Below, piece by piece: positions 1 through 9,644 of a stretch of DNA of 64,000 nucleotides. Source of the stretch: Candidatus Brockarchaeota archaeon (GTDB lineage: Archaea; Thermoproteota; EX4484-205; JAAOZP01); NCBI GenBank assembly GCA_017601395.1, contig JAFNIQ010000002.1, positions 6,990-70,989 of the forward strand. The letters run 5' to 3'. Position numbers and translations under genes: made by a program. The notes under the pieces were generated by a model. That model made no database searches, was not told the origin of the DNA, and was given only the letters and a program-made list of their open reading frames with translations. How positions within the stretch are numbered: position 1 is the stretch's first letter; each line of letters opens with the position of its first letter.

Positions 1-884
1 ACTTTCAACTGCTCCTTCGTAAGGGTTAACTGTTCAAGGTTCGCATGAGTGTTTAAGAGGATTGTTGCAGCCGGAGCCTCGTAAAGCTCCCTGGATTTCA
101 AACCCAGTATCCCGTCTTCAATTATATCTATTCTCCCAACGCCGTGTTGCCCGCCAATCCTGTTCAGATAGAGTATTATTTCAACAGGGTCTCTTATCCC
201 GTCTACTTCGACAGGGATGCCTTTCTCATAGGTTATTTGAATCTTCTGGGGAGTTTCCGGGGCCTTTTCAGGGTGGACGGCCCAAATATAGTCCTCGGGA
301 TACTGTGTGTAAAGGTCTTCAACCTGCCCACTTCCAATGGAGTGGGACCACATGTTAACGTCTCCACCAAGCTTCCCCTTCGGCTTCTTAGGCTCAATAC
401 CGTGTTTCCTGAGTATCTCCTCCTCTTCAAACCTTGAGAGGTTCAGCTCTCTAACTGGCGCTATCACCTTCAGGTTTGGATCCACGTATTTAACTGCAAC
501 CTCCATCCTGAACTGGTCGTTACCCTTGCCCGTGCAACCGTGTGCAACAGCCTCCGCCCCTTCCTTCTTAGCTATTTCAGCGGCCTTAGAAGCTATCAGA
601 ACCCTAGTCATAGAGGTTCCAACCGGGTAGCCCCCGTAGCTCCCATTAGCCTTGATGCATCTGAATATGTATTCTGTGGCAAACTCGTGCTTAGCATCTA
701 TGAAATGTATTTTTAAACCCAGCTTCTCAGCTCTTTCATAAGCGATCCTGATCTCCTCCTCTCCTTGGCCAACGTCAACGAGAACAGGAATTACTTCATC
801 GTATCCGTACTTCTCTTTCAACAGTATTGTTATGAGTGTGGAGTCTAGGCCGCCTGAGTATGTTGAAACAACTTTTCCCGGCAT
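1..884 (-). CDS. argG: argininosuccinate synthase, 3'-truncated by the window edge. The start codon is at 884 and the gene runs off the left edge.
   Basis: Manual reverse translation from 884 gives MPGKVVSTYSGGLDSTLITILLKEKYGYDEVIPVLVDVGQGEE.. and later AHGCTGKGNDQFR. These are the canonical ArgG PP-loop and signature regions. The ORF is missing from the supplied track because it has no in-window stop. Confidence 0.9.
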   Translation of the reverse strand, partial: MPGKVVSTYSGGLDSTLITILLKEKYGYDEVIPVLVDVGQGEEEIRIAYERAEKLGLKIHFIDAKHEFATEYIFRCIKANGSYGGYPVGTSMTRVLIASKAAEIAKKEGAEAVAHGCTGKGNDQFRMEVAVKYVDPNLKVIAPVRELNLSRFEEEEILRKHGIEPKKPKGKLGGDVNMWSHSIGSGQVEDLYTQYPEDYIWAVHPEKAPETPQKIQITYEKGIPVEVDGIRDPVEIILYLNRIGGQHGVGRIDIIEDGILGLKSRELYEAPAATILLNTHANLEQLTLTKEQLK

Positions 885-966
885 TTCCAGAGTGGTGTGT
901 CCAGCCTTTCCCTATTTAAGTTATTCTGTGAAACTATGACTCTTTCAGCATAAAACCAATATACTG

Positions 967-1197
967 GTGCACCCTCACATTTCCAGAATGGTTGAAGAGT
1001 GGGTTGTCGTCGGGCCGCATGAATACTTGCTTGAGACGGCTGATCTTGAAGAACTTGAGAAAAAGGTCTACGAGGCTCTGAAGAAGGGGAAGCGCATGCC
1101 TCTGTCTGGAATATGGAGGTCTGCCCCATGCCACCTGTGGGAGCTCGACGCAGTTTTGAAAAGGCTTAAGGATAAAGGTCTGGTTACAGAGGAATGA
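967..1197 (+). CDS. small hypothetical protein, possibly a winged-helix-like DNA-binding protein
   Basis: 76-aa ORF with a charged N-terminal helix and a C-terminal SGIWRSAPCHLWELDAVLKRLKDKGLV segment resembling a recognition helix and wing. It overlaps only spurious antisense ORFs. Confidence 0.35.
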   Translation: MHPHISRMVEEWVVVGPHEYLLETADLEELEKKVYEALKKGKRMPLSGIWRSAPCHLWELDAVLKRLKDKGLVTEE

Positions 1198-1206
1198 AGA
1201 GAGTTA

Positions 1207-2295
1207 ATGAGGATTGATTGCGATGCTCTAATAGTTGGAGGCGGGCCCTCCGGTCTTTCAACAGGCTTATTCATTTCTAAAAAGGGTTTTAAAACCATAG
1301 TTCTTGAGGAGCATAATGAAGTAGGCAGGCCTGAGCAGTGCGCTGGTCTTGTCAGCTGGAGGATAGGCGGGCTTCCGCAACACCTTGTTTTAAACAGGGT
1401 TGACACCGCGAGGTTCTGCCTCGGGAAGGAGAGTTTTGAAGTATACTCTAAGAAAGATATGCTCGTGATAGATAGAGCTGGCTACGATAAGCATCTCGCT
1501 GAAAATGCTTTGGCAGAGGGGGTTGAGATTAGGCTCGGCGAGAGGGTGGTGGGGCTAAAGGAAGGATGCGTGGTCACGAGTAAGGGAGGCCATTACTCTG
1601 GAAGAATCCTTGTCGGGGCCGATGGGCCTAACTCTATTGTTGCAAGGCTGACTGGTTTAAAGCAGCCTGATAACCTTCTCTTCGCGCTTCAATGCGTGGC
1701 CAACGGTGTCTTCGAACAGGATGTTGTCGAGCTGAGGTTTGACCCAGAGTTTTCCAAGGATGTTTTCGCCTGGATCATACCTTTAAGCAGGAACAGGGCG
1801 AGAGTGGGTCTTTTAACCAGTGGCAATCCTTGGCCGAGGCTTAGGCTGCTCCTGAAGAGGCTGAACATGGAGTCTAGTTGCGGCAGGTTTGTAGGGGACT
1901 CTATAAGATTCGGGATGATGAGCAGAACCTCCGCCAGCAGGGTTATTCTAGTCGGCGATGCTGCGTGCCAAGTCAAGCCTTTCTCGCTAGGCGGTCTTGT
2001 CTACAACAGGATCTGCAGTAGGATCGCTGGGGATGCTTGCGCAGCCGCCCTTGAAAGAAACCTTTTCGACGGAGGCTTCATGGCTGAAACATATGATTCT
2101 GTCTGGAGAAAAACTATTGGTGGAGCGTTGGAAAAAGGGCTCAAAATGAGGAAGCTTTTCAACATCATGAGGCGAATACCTTTTTCGTTCACGTTGACGA
2201 GGATTTTGGGGTTAAGCCTACTAGCAGGCAGGGTTCTCGACCCTGATTTTCTTAGAAACAGCCCTGTCTGTCAAAACGGTTGCGAAGCGTTTTGA
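1207..2295 (+). CDS. FAD-dependent oxidoreductase of the geranylgeranyl reductase family
   Basis: N-terminal GxGxxG FAD motif (ALIVGGGPSGLSTG) and the GGR-family LVGDAAcqvkPfsGGL motif (ILVGDAACQVKPFSLGG). Confidence 0.75.
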   Translation: MRIDCDALIVGGGPSGLSTGLFISKKGFKTIVLEEHNEVGRPEQCAGLVSWRIGGLPQHLVLNRVDTARFCLGKESFEVYSKKDMLVIDRAGYDKHLAENALAEGVEIRLGERVVGLKEGCVVTSKGGHYSGRILVGADGPNSIVARLTGLKQPDNLLFALQCVANGVFEQDVVELRFDPEFSKDVFAWIIPLSRNRARVGLLTSGNPWPRLRLLLKRLNMESSCGRFVGDSIRFGMMSRTSASRVILVGDAACQVKPFSLGGLVYNRICSRIAGDACAAALERNLFDGGFMAETYDSVWRKTIGGALEKGLKMRKLFNIMRRIPFSFTLTRILGLSLLAGRVLDPDFLRNSPVCQNGCEAF

Positions 2296-2317
2296 AAAGG
2301 CTTATTAGGGTTCAGAT

Positions 2318-3139
2318 TTGTTTTCGAATAGTCCTGTGAAAATCAGGGAGATTGAGTGTAAGACACTGCTGAATAGGAGTGCTATTGCAGACTACTGTGT
2401 AAACCCGTATGTAGGCTGTCAGCATGGATGTAGATACTGCTATGCTGCAGGAATAACCTTTAGGTTTAGAAGAAGTAGAGAAGAGTGGGGCGAGTTTCTC
2501 GACGTTAAGACTAATGCCTTAAAAATCCTTTCAAGCGAGGTTGAGAAGAAGAAGGCTGGAAAAGTATACTTGAGTTCGCTCACCGATCCTTATCAGCCGG
2601 TTGAGAAGGAATACGAGTTGACGCGGAAAATTCTTGAAATGCTTGTTCAAAAAGGGTTTCCCATTATTGTTCAAACCAAGTCGAACCTTGTTGTGAGAGA
2701 CTTGGATGTTTTGAAGAGGAACGAGCTTAATGAGGTTGGGGTTACGGTGGTTACGTTGGACGAGGAAGTCTGGAAGGATTTCGAGCCGGCTTCCTCAAGT
2801 CCTGAGGAGAGGCTTGAAGCAATCAGGCTTGCCAAAGAGAAAGGTTTGAGAACATATGTTTTCTTCGGACCAATACTTCCATTTCTTTCAGAAACCGATT
2901 TAGAAGGTTTTTTGAAGAGGTTTAGAGAGGCGGGGGCGGACTATGTTTATGTTGACAGGCTTAACCTGAGGCCAATGGTTTGGAGCATGGTTTCAAAAGT
3001 TGTCTTGAAAAAATATCCGGAGCTATATGGTGAATGGAGAAGAATATTATTTTCAGAATCATCTTACTATGATGAAGTTAAGAAGAAAGTCTTTGAAGTT
3101 TCTAAAAAAATCGGTTTGGAGCTGGTTTTCTGCTATTAA
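2318..3139 (+). CDS. radical SAM protein, SplB/DNA-photolyase-like (COG1533 type)
   Basis: CxxxCxxC cluster (GCQHGCRYC) near the N-terminus, which is the radical SAM 4Fe-4S motif. Length and context resemble SplB-like proteins. Confidence 0.7.
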   Translation: MFSNSPVKIREIECKTLLNRSAIADYCVNPYVGCQHGCRYCYAAGITFRFRRSREEWGEFLDVKTNALKILSSEVEKKKAGKVYLSSLTDPYQPVEKEYELTRKILEMLVQKGFPIIVQTKSNLVVRDLDVLKRNELNEVGVTVVTLDEEVWKDFEPASSSPEERLEAIRLAKEKGLRTYVFFGPILPFLSETDLEGFLKRFREAGADYVYVDRLNLRPMVWSMVSKVVLKKYPELYGEWRRILFSESSYYDEVKKKVFEVSKKIGLELVFCY

Positions 3140-3227
3140 ATACCTGTAGCGCGCTACGACCCCATAGAGGCGACGCCCCTCGCCTCAGTCGCGGAGGTGT
3201 CAGAATAGGTTTTTAAATGCGTATGGT

Positions 3228-4742
3228 TTGTTTGAAAAAGGCGTGAGCAGTATTAGGCTGAAATACTCGGGACTGGTCAACTTCGCCTCAAGGATGTTTT
3301 CAGTCCTAACAGGCTTATTGTTTACAATGCTCGTAACTAGGAGGCTTACCGAAGAGCTTTTCGGAACCTGGCAGTTCTACGCAAGCCTGTTAAGCTATTT
3401 CACAATACCTTCAAGCATTGCGAACTACTGGCTTACGAGATTCACAGGAAGAGGAAAACCGGTTGCGAAATCAGGAGTCTTATTCAACAGCATTGTTTCA
3501 CTGGTTTCAGCAGCATTCTTCACCTTCTTGTCTCCAGTTTTCGCGTCAAGCGTAAGCATCGACCTACCGACAATCCTCGCGTTCATATTGTGGATCGTAG
3601 CGATATATCACACGTCCAGCTTGGAATCAGTATGCCATGGGGCTGAACCACATATAGTAGGGTATGGAACCGTTTTTTTCGAAGCATCTAAGGTGGTTAT
3701 CGGAGTAGTACTAGTCGGATACTTCAGGCTGTCTCTTTTCGGAGCTGTTCTTTCAGTAGACCTTGCTCTAATTATTCAGGCGCTATATTACTCGCTGAGG
3801 CTGTCAAAACATCTTAAAGGTTCATTCCAGCCGAATGAGGTGAGCCGGTGGTTTAGAATTGGCTGGATACCTCTAGCATCAATCGCTCCTGGAATAGCGT
3901 ATTCCCAGGATGCTCTCGTCTTAACGCTGTTAACCGGATCCCTGCTTCCAGTGGCATACATCAGGGCTGCAAACATTTTTGCCAGCGTGATACTTTTCGC
4001 AGGGTCTCTAGCAATAGGGCTATATCCGAAACTCCTATCCGGCGGAACAGGTAGAGATATTGAGGAGTCGCTGGAGCTCGTGCTGCTTTTCCTAATGCCC
4101 ATGACACTCGGACAGTTGATTCTTGCAGAGCCTCTACTATATCTTTTAAGAGAAGGCTATGCGCCTGTGCATAATGTTCTTAGATTAATGGCTTTATGTT
4201 CTGCAATCACTGTGTTGAAAAGTTTTTTCTCAACAGTCATATTGGGAGTTGAAAAGATCGATGTTAATGAGAACGCCTCGTGGAAAAAACTAGTCGACTC
4301 GTATCTAATAAGGATCCCGCTGATCGACCTTTCCGGTTCAATTGTTTACGTAACAGTGACCGCGGTTGTGGCTGAAATATTGAACGATTTAAAGAGCCCG
4401 CTCATATTATTCTCTCTGTCTGCAGCCTTATGCTACTTGCTGGTTAACCTCTCTATAATGCTTTACTATTTACGGCTCTCCAGGCGACTCGTCGTCTTCA
4501 GTTTAGATTTTAGGAGGATATTTAAACTAGTTATCTCGGGAATAGTGATGTCAAGTGTGCTGCTAACGCTGTATCCTGAATCAGCTAAAAGCGAGCAGAT
4601 AATGATTGTATTAACATCTTTAATGCCCGTCATCCTAGTGGGCATAATTGTTTATTTCACCACTCTGTGTTTGATAGATCGCGAATCCCGCGAGATGTTT
4701 AAAGCATTTTTAGGCTGGTTTCTAGCAAAGAAACCCAGTTAA
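3228..4742 (+). CDS. polysaccharide/oligosaccharide flippase (MOP/Wzx-like multi-pass membrane protein)
   Basis: 504 aa, about 12-14 hydrophobic helices and no soluble domains. The typical Wzx-like N-terminal KxxxxN..R region is present. It lies next to GT2 and sugar kinase genes. Confidence 0.55.
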   Translation: MFEKGVSSIRLKYSGLVNFASRMFSVLTGLLFTMLVTRRLTEELFGTWQFYASLLSYFTIPSSIANYWLTRFTGRGKPVAKSGVLFNSIVSLVSAAFFTFLSPVFASSVSIDLPTILAFILWIVAIYHTSSLESVCHGAEPHIVGYGTVFFEASKVVIGVVLVGYFRLSLFGAVLSVDLALIIQALYYSLRLSKHLKGSFQPNEVSRWFRIGWIPLASIAPGIAYSQDALVLTLLTGSLLPVAYIRAANIFASVILFAGSLAIGLYPKLLSGGTGRDIEESLELVLLFLMPMTLGQLILAEPLLYLLREGYAPVHNVLRLMALCSAITVLKSFFSTVILGVEKIDVNENASWKKLVDSYLIRIPLIDLSGSIVYVTVTAVVAEILNDLKSPLILFSLSAALCYLLVNLSIMLYYLRLSRRLVVFSLDFRRIFKLVISGIVMSSVLLTLYPESAKSEQIMIVLTSLMPVILVGIIVYFTTLCLIDRESREMFKAFLGWFLAKKPS

Positions 4743-4747
4743 ACGGC

Positions 4748-5725
4748 TTATTCTAGTGCGGCAGCTAGGGCACCGTAGAGAACCACATCTTCCCCGAGTG
4801 GAGTTATCTTTATCTCAGGCAATCTGTTCATAGCGTATTTTGAAACGTTTTTCTTCACTGGGTCAAGTATAAGGTCACTGTTGAAAAGAGCAACTGATCC
4901 GCCCACTGTTATTAGCTCAGGATCGTATACGTCTATTATGTTAGCAAAGCCAATTGCGTTAAGAAGCCCGATTTTCCCAATTATCCTGAGTGCCAACTCA
5001 TCGCCTCCCCTAGCGGCGTCGAAAAGCATTTTGGAAGTAGCCTTTGAAAAATCCTCACAGAAATGCTTTCTCAGAGAGCTCTTATTGAAATCTACGCCCC
5101 ATTCTTTTAAGAGCATCCTAGCATAATTGACCATTCCGCTTCCGCTGCAATATGCTTCCCAGTGTCCCGGCTTTCCACATCCGCATTCGAGAAGCCCCTC
5201 CTTATCCACCACCATGTGGCCAACTTCATGTGCATTACCGTCTTTTCCAAGCAGGATGTGTCCATCAACTATCGCTCCACCCCCTATTCCGGTGCTTATC
5301 GTAACGTAGACAATGTTTTCAAGATTTCTACCGGCTCCGAATCTTTTTTCCCCGAGAACGGCTGCAACACAATCGTTCAGAAGTCTAACAGGCACGTTAA
5401 AATGTTTTTCAATGCCTTCTACAACGGGTATTGTGCCCACCCGCAGATTAGGAGGGTTAACGATCAAACCTTTCTTTAATTCCAACGGGCCTATTGACCC
5501 CACTCCAACTGCTTTCAAGCTCTTGTCCGTAAACCCCAGAGACCTGAGGGCGCCTCTACCCATTTCAACGATCTGCCTCACAATATCCAGTCCTGTTGTT
5601 CCCGTCGTCCTTTCTGATTTTTTAAAAAGAATCCTTCCATTCGTGTCGGATAAGGCAACCCTGACGTTGGATGCTCCAAGATCCACTCCGAGCACTATGC
5701 TCAACTCGTTTAAAACACGGAGCAC
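4748..5725 (-). CDS. ROK family sugar kinase (glucokinase-like)
   Basis: N-terminal LGVDLGASNVRVAL ATPase motif and the ROK zinc motif ECGCGKPGHWEAYCSG. Confidence 0.85.
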   Translation of the reverse strand: MLRVLNELSIVLGVDLGASNVRVALSDTNGRILFKKSERTTGTTGLDIVRQIVEMGRGALRSLGFTDKSLKAVGVGSIGPLELKKGLIVNPPNLRVGTIPVVEGIEKHFNVPVRLLNDCVAAVLGEKRFGAGRNLENIVYVTISTGIGGGAIVDGHILLGKDGNAHEVGHMVVDKEGLLECGCGKPGHWEAYCSGSGMVNYARMLLKEWGVDFNKSSLRKHFCEDFSKATSKMLFDAARGGDELALRIIGKIGLLNAIGFANIIDVYDPELITVGGSVALFNSDLILDPVKKNVSKYAMNRLPEIKITPLGEDVVLYGALAAALE

Positions 5726-5733
5726 AGTCCGAT

Positions 5734-6111
5734 TTATCTTTTTACCATCCTGATTAAGCTCTTGAACTGCCTCTTCAAATCCTTTAAATCATCTATAAAA
5801 ATCCTGAATCCCACGGTTACAGTGCTTGAACCAAGCTTCCAGGGGATGCTGGCAAGGCTTGTCTCATATATGAGCATCACTAGGTTTTGGGCTGAAAAGA
5901 CTAATAGGCCGAGTGCAGCAACTATTGCCCCGATCAGCCAGTGGTGTATTCTAAGCCCCCTTACTGAGAACGCGTAATTCTTGGTTTTAATCCGGTTTAG
6001 AACTATTCTGGTAGCCTTATCCATTGCCCAGAATAGTGTTATGGACTGCGTTGTGCTGAAGAGGATTACTGGAACATCCACCGGTAGCATGTTAGAATTT
6101 TTAACGCGCAT
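5734..6111 (-). CDS. small hypothetical membrane protein
   Basis: 125-aa ORF with 1-2 predicted TM helices (HHWLIGAIVAALGLLVF). It has the same orientation as the flanking ROK and GT2 genes and competes with a weaker + strand ORF at 5981..6244. Confidence 0.3.
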   Translation of the reverse strand: MRVKNSNMLPVDVPVILFSTTQSITLFWAMDKATRIVLNRIKTKNYAFSVRGLRIHHWLIGAIVAALGLLVFSAQNLVMLIYETSLASIPWKLGSSTVTVGFRIFIDDLKDLKRQFKSLIRMVKR

Positions 6112-6248
6112 AGTTAAAAAGCTTTCTAAGGGTATGTGGTGTTCTAAGTCAAATGCCTTTTTAAAATCAATCCATCGTTTACTGTTTTCAGCTTTAAAAG
6201 AAGCTCCTGTTTTTCATTCCGTTTTCCAATATAAGATTTCATGAAAAA

Positions 6249-6986
6249 TTAATACAGTTTTCTATAGTATCTTTTTTCGGGTGGAACCCTTCTTTTGAGG
6301 AGTTCGCTGAAAACGTTGTAAAGCCATTCGTAGAAGCTTCTGCCAAAACCATACTTTTCGTACCTTCTCATGGAGAAGTATACTCTGAGTCCTCCGTCAA
6401 ACATTATTCTCCCAATCTTCCTCATCCTGAATTGAAGCCCATAGTCATCCCCGGCCCCTACCGCCGGAAAGCCCCTCATAATTATGAAGGGCTTCTTTCT
6501 AAAGGCAGTGTTGGCACCGACACTCAGGTATATCTTAAACCTGTAAAGGATTTTCACGAAAACATTGTTTAACTCTATTAGGAAAGTGTTTTTAAAACTC
6601 CTTTCTATCGGGGTCACCACGCCGTACACCATCACGACATCCGGATAGGCTTTAAAATCGAGTATTATTCTCTCAAGCAGGTTGTGCGTGACCATGCAGT
6701 CTGCATCAGTTGTGAAAACTAGGTCTGCCTCCGCATTTTTCACTCCATCGTTCCTCGCCCCTCCAACCGTAGGGGTCTCCTGTATCACTATTTTATCAGC
6801 ATACTTTCTGCATATCTCTAAGGTTCTGTCCACGCTTCCCCCGTCTACAATAATGATCTCATAGTCCGTCCTAGGTATTGTTTGCCAACTTAGCGTCGTG
6901 AGCAGTTTTTCAACATACTTCTCCTCGTTGAACGTTGGCACCACTACGGATATTTTCTTGTTCCCCAATTCTGCTTGCTTAAACAA
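6249..6986 (-). CDS. glycosyltransferase family 2
   Basis: ISVVVPTFNEE ... IIIVDGGSVDRT ... TDADC motifs, which match the GT2 DxD fold. Confidence 0.85.
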   Translation of the reverse strand: MFKQAELGNKKISVVVPTFNEEKYVEKLLTTLSWQTIPRTDYEIIIVDGGSVDRTLEICRKYADKIVIQETPTVGGARNDGVKNAEADLVFTTDADCMVTHNLLERIILDFKAYPDVVMVYGVVTPIERSFKNTFLIELNNVFVKILYRFKIYLSVGANTAFRKKPFIIMRGFPAVGAGDDYGLQFRMRKIGRIMFDGGLRVYFSMRRYEKYGFGRSFYEWLYNVFSELLKRRVPPEKRYYRKLY

Positions 6987-7113
6987 CTAAAACCTCATAT
7001 TTAAAAAAATGGGTTACTGGTAAAAACGTTTTCCCGTGAAATACCGTTAGAAATGTTTAAACAGGGTTTTGCAGGGCATCCTTTTCAACTACCGATAAAG
7101 GTTTATAAAAACG

Positions 7114-8193
7114 TTGCTTGAGGCAGTAGCTATGACGAGCGGTTATAAAAAGGCGTTCTGGGTGAATCCGAGGCCTATTGCTCAAAACCCTGAGAAACAT
7201 GTTAGAGAAATTGTGGAAATGGGTGCAGACGAGATTTTTCTGCTAAGCATAGATGGTGAGGGGGCCCTCTACCCAGCCAAGTTTTCAGTTGTTGCAAAAG
7301 GAGCTGCTGAAAGGAGCTTGATAGGAGACATTATAAGGGAGGCGAAGAGAAGTGGATTAAAGGTTCACGCTTGGGTGGTTGCTTTGAACAAGCCGAACGA
7401 GGAGCTTGCTGCTAAGAGGAAGGACTGGTTTGTAGTCAGCAGGGAGGGGAAGAGCTGTGTTGATAACCCGCCTTATGTAGAAAGCTATAAATGGCTTTGC
7501 CCGTCGAACGATGATGTTAAAAGCTACTTCACTGGAACGATTCAGGAGCTCATGGAGATTTATGACTTGGATGGGGTTCATTTAGACTACATTAGGCTTC
7601 CAGATCTTTTCCTTCCAGAAGGATTAAGAGAAAGATATGGGTTGGAAAAGGGGATAGATGTCTACAGAGAGAAGTTCGACTTCTGCTACTGTGAAAAATG
7701 TAGAAACGGGTTTAAAAAAGATTTTGGCATAGATCCTTTCGGAATCAGGTTCGGTTCGAGAAAATGGTACGAATGGCATGCATGGAGAGCTGAAAGGATT
7801 ACTGAAATAGTTAAAAACTTCCATAGGACTGTGAAAAAATATGATAATACCATTGAGACTTCAGCCGCTGTTTTCGCAACCCCGGGGTATGCGTACAGGA
7901 TCGTTTTCCAAAAGTGGTGCGAATGGCCGCTTGACAGTTTCGAACCAATGATATACCATGAATACTATGGGAAAAACATAAGGTGGATTGGCGAAGCAGT
8001 CATGGAGGGTGTTTCCTGCAGCAAAATGATAGTCGCCGGAATACAGTTTGAATTCTTAAGGAGCGGAAGGGATGTGGAGGAAGCGGTGAACGTAGCGTTA
8101 GAAAAAGGCTCCAACGGGGTTTGCTTCTTCCTATACCCGTTGCAGCATCCTGAGCTGAAGGATGCGGTGAAAGACGCGTTTTCAAGGTTCTAA
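7114..8193 (+). CDS. glycoside hydrolase-like protein (GHL10/DUF187-type TIM barrel)
   Basis: Family resemblance to the GHL10 TIM barrel (HAWVVALN .. DGVHLDYIRLPD). The true start may be the internal Met (MTSGYKKAFWVNP). Confidence 0.5.
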   Translation: MLEAVAMTSGYKKAFWVNPRPIAQNPEKHVREIVEMGADEIFLLSIDGEGALYPAKFSVVAKGAAERSLIGDIIREAKRSGLKVHAWVVALNKPNEELAAKRKDWFVVSREGKSCVDNPPYVESYKWLCPSNDDVKSYFTGTIQELMEIYDLDGVHLDYIRLPDLFLPEGLRERYGLEKGIDVYREKFDFCYCEKCRNGFKKDFGIDPFGIRFGSRKWYEWHAWRAERITEIVKNFHRTVKKYDNTIETSAAVFATPGYAYRIVFQKWCEWPLDSFEPMIYHEYYGKNIRWIGEAVMEGVSCSKMIVAGIQFEFLRSGRDVEEAVNVALEKGSNGVCFFLYPLQHPELKDAVKDAFSRF

Positions 8194-8249
8194 ATACCTC
8201 TGGTCTTGCAAGCGTCTATCGGTAGCCCATGGACGAGTTAGATTAAAAT

Positions 8250-9635
8250 ATGCTTTACGCTTACAGGGTAAGGATGAAACTAGAGGAAGCTAGACGGCTT
8301 AATCCCTACGGGTGTTTCGACGTGGTTGTGGCAGGTGGTGGTACTGCCGGAGCTGTGGCTGCAATAGCTGCTGCGAGAAACGGTGTGAAAACCCTTTTGG
8401 TCGAGCAATTCGGCTTTCTAGGTGGAAGCGGGTCGGCGGCGCTCGTGGTGCCGATGATGCCGAACCACGTAGGGGGGATGCCACTTGTCAGAGGGATAAG
8501 CCGGGAGATACAGCAGCGTCTTCTAGAAATGGGTTGCGCCGCCATAGATAAAAACGGCAATGAAGGTTGGTTTAACCCGGAGGCCTTAAAATTCGTGTTG
8601 GAGGAAATGGTTTTGGAGGCTGGTGGAAGGATTCTCTATTTCACGTTTGTAGAGGACGTTATAATGGATGGTGATGAACTAAGGGGAATAGTGATAGCGA
8701 ACAAGTCTGGTAGACAGGCCGTTTTCTCGAAGATTGTCGTTGACTCCACTGGCGACGGGGATGTTGCTGCTCTCGCAGGGGTCCCCTTCGAATCCGGGAG
8801 AAAGGAGGACGGTGTTAGCCAGCCGATGTCACTAAGATTCATGGTGGGAAACGTTAACATTGAAAAACTCGCTGTTTTCCTCGTTGAAAATGATAGCAGG
8901 AGCTATGTCGACCCGCCGCTCATAGAGTTCGCAATGGTCCCGGGTGGAGGATGGCCGCTTGAAAAATACTTCAACGAGGGTGTTGAAGAAGGCATTCTGG
9001 AGGATTCAGACATGGCTTATTTTCAAGCGTTCAGCGTGCCTGGGATGCCGGGTGTCATCGCGTTCAACTGTCCAAGAATAATCGGCAACTTCAAGGGATT
9101 TAACGCGGATCATCTCACGGAGGCAGCGATACAGGGTAGGAGGAGAATAAGCAGGCTTTTCAAGTTCCTAAGGAAGAAAATACCTGGTTTCGAAAACTCC
9201 TACTTAGCCATGACTGCTCAGATGGTCGGTGTAAGGGAGTCTCGAAGAATAATCGGCGAGTATGTTCTTTCCGCGCAGGACTATTTTAACGCCAAGAAGT
9301 TTGAAGACGCTGTTTCGAGAAACAGGTATCCGATTGACATACATCTGCCAACCAGCCATCTGCCAGGGGAGAGAAAACTAGGCCCTGAGGAGTACCATGA
9401 AATACCTTTCAGATCGCTGATACCATTGAGGGTTGAAAACCTGATTGTTGCATGCAGGGCTCTTTCAGCGTCCTTCGAAGCCCATGCTGCGGTAAGGATC
9501 CAGCCTAACATGAGGGCAATAGGCCAGGCAGCAGGGGTTGCTGCTGCTCTATGCGTTAAAAAGGGTGTAAGGCCTAGGCAACTTGATGGGAAAGAGCTTA
9601 GAGAAACATTAATTCAACAGGGCGCCTACCTTTAA
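8250..9635 (+). CDS. FAD-dependent oxidoreductase (PF12831-like)
   Basis: DVVVAGGGTAGAVAAIAAARNG dinucleotide-binding motif at the N-terminus, length 461 aa. This family is often found in CAZyme clusters. Confidence 0.7.
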   Translation: MLYAYRVRMKLEEARRLNPYGCFDVVVAGGGTAGAVAAIAAARNGVKTLLVEQFGFLGGSGSAALVVPMMPNHVGGMPLVRGISREIQQRLLEMGCAAIDKNGNEGWFNPEALKFVLEEMVLEAGGRILYFTFVEDVIMDGDELRGIVIANKSGRQAVFSKIVVDSTGDGDVAALAGVPFESGRKEDGVSQPMSLRFMVGNVNIEKLAVFLVENDSRSYVDPPLIEFAMVPGGGWPLEKYFNEGVEEGILEDSDMAYFQAFSVPGMPGVIAFNCPRIIGNFKGFNADHLTEAAIQGRRRISRLFKFLRKKIPGFENSYLAMTAQMVGVRESRRIIGEYVLSAQDYFNAKKFEDAVSRNRYPIDIHLPTSHLPGERKLGPEEYHEIPFRSLIPLRVENLIVACRALSASFEAHAAVRIQPNMRAIGQAAGVAAALCVKKGVRPRQLDGKELRETLIQQGAYL

Positions 9636-9644
9636 CTCGGCTAA

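Noticed and set aside
5981-6244. 87-aa + strand ORF competing with 5734..6111 (-)
   Set aside because: No TM or domain logic, and the orientation is opposite to the flanking operon. The minus-strand ORF is kept, but only at low confidence.
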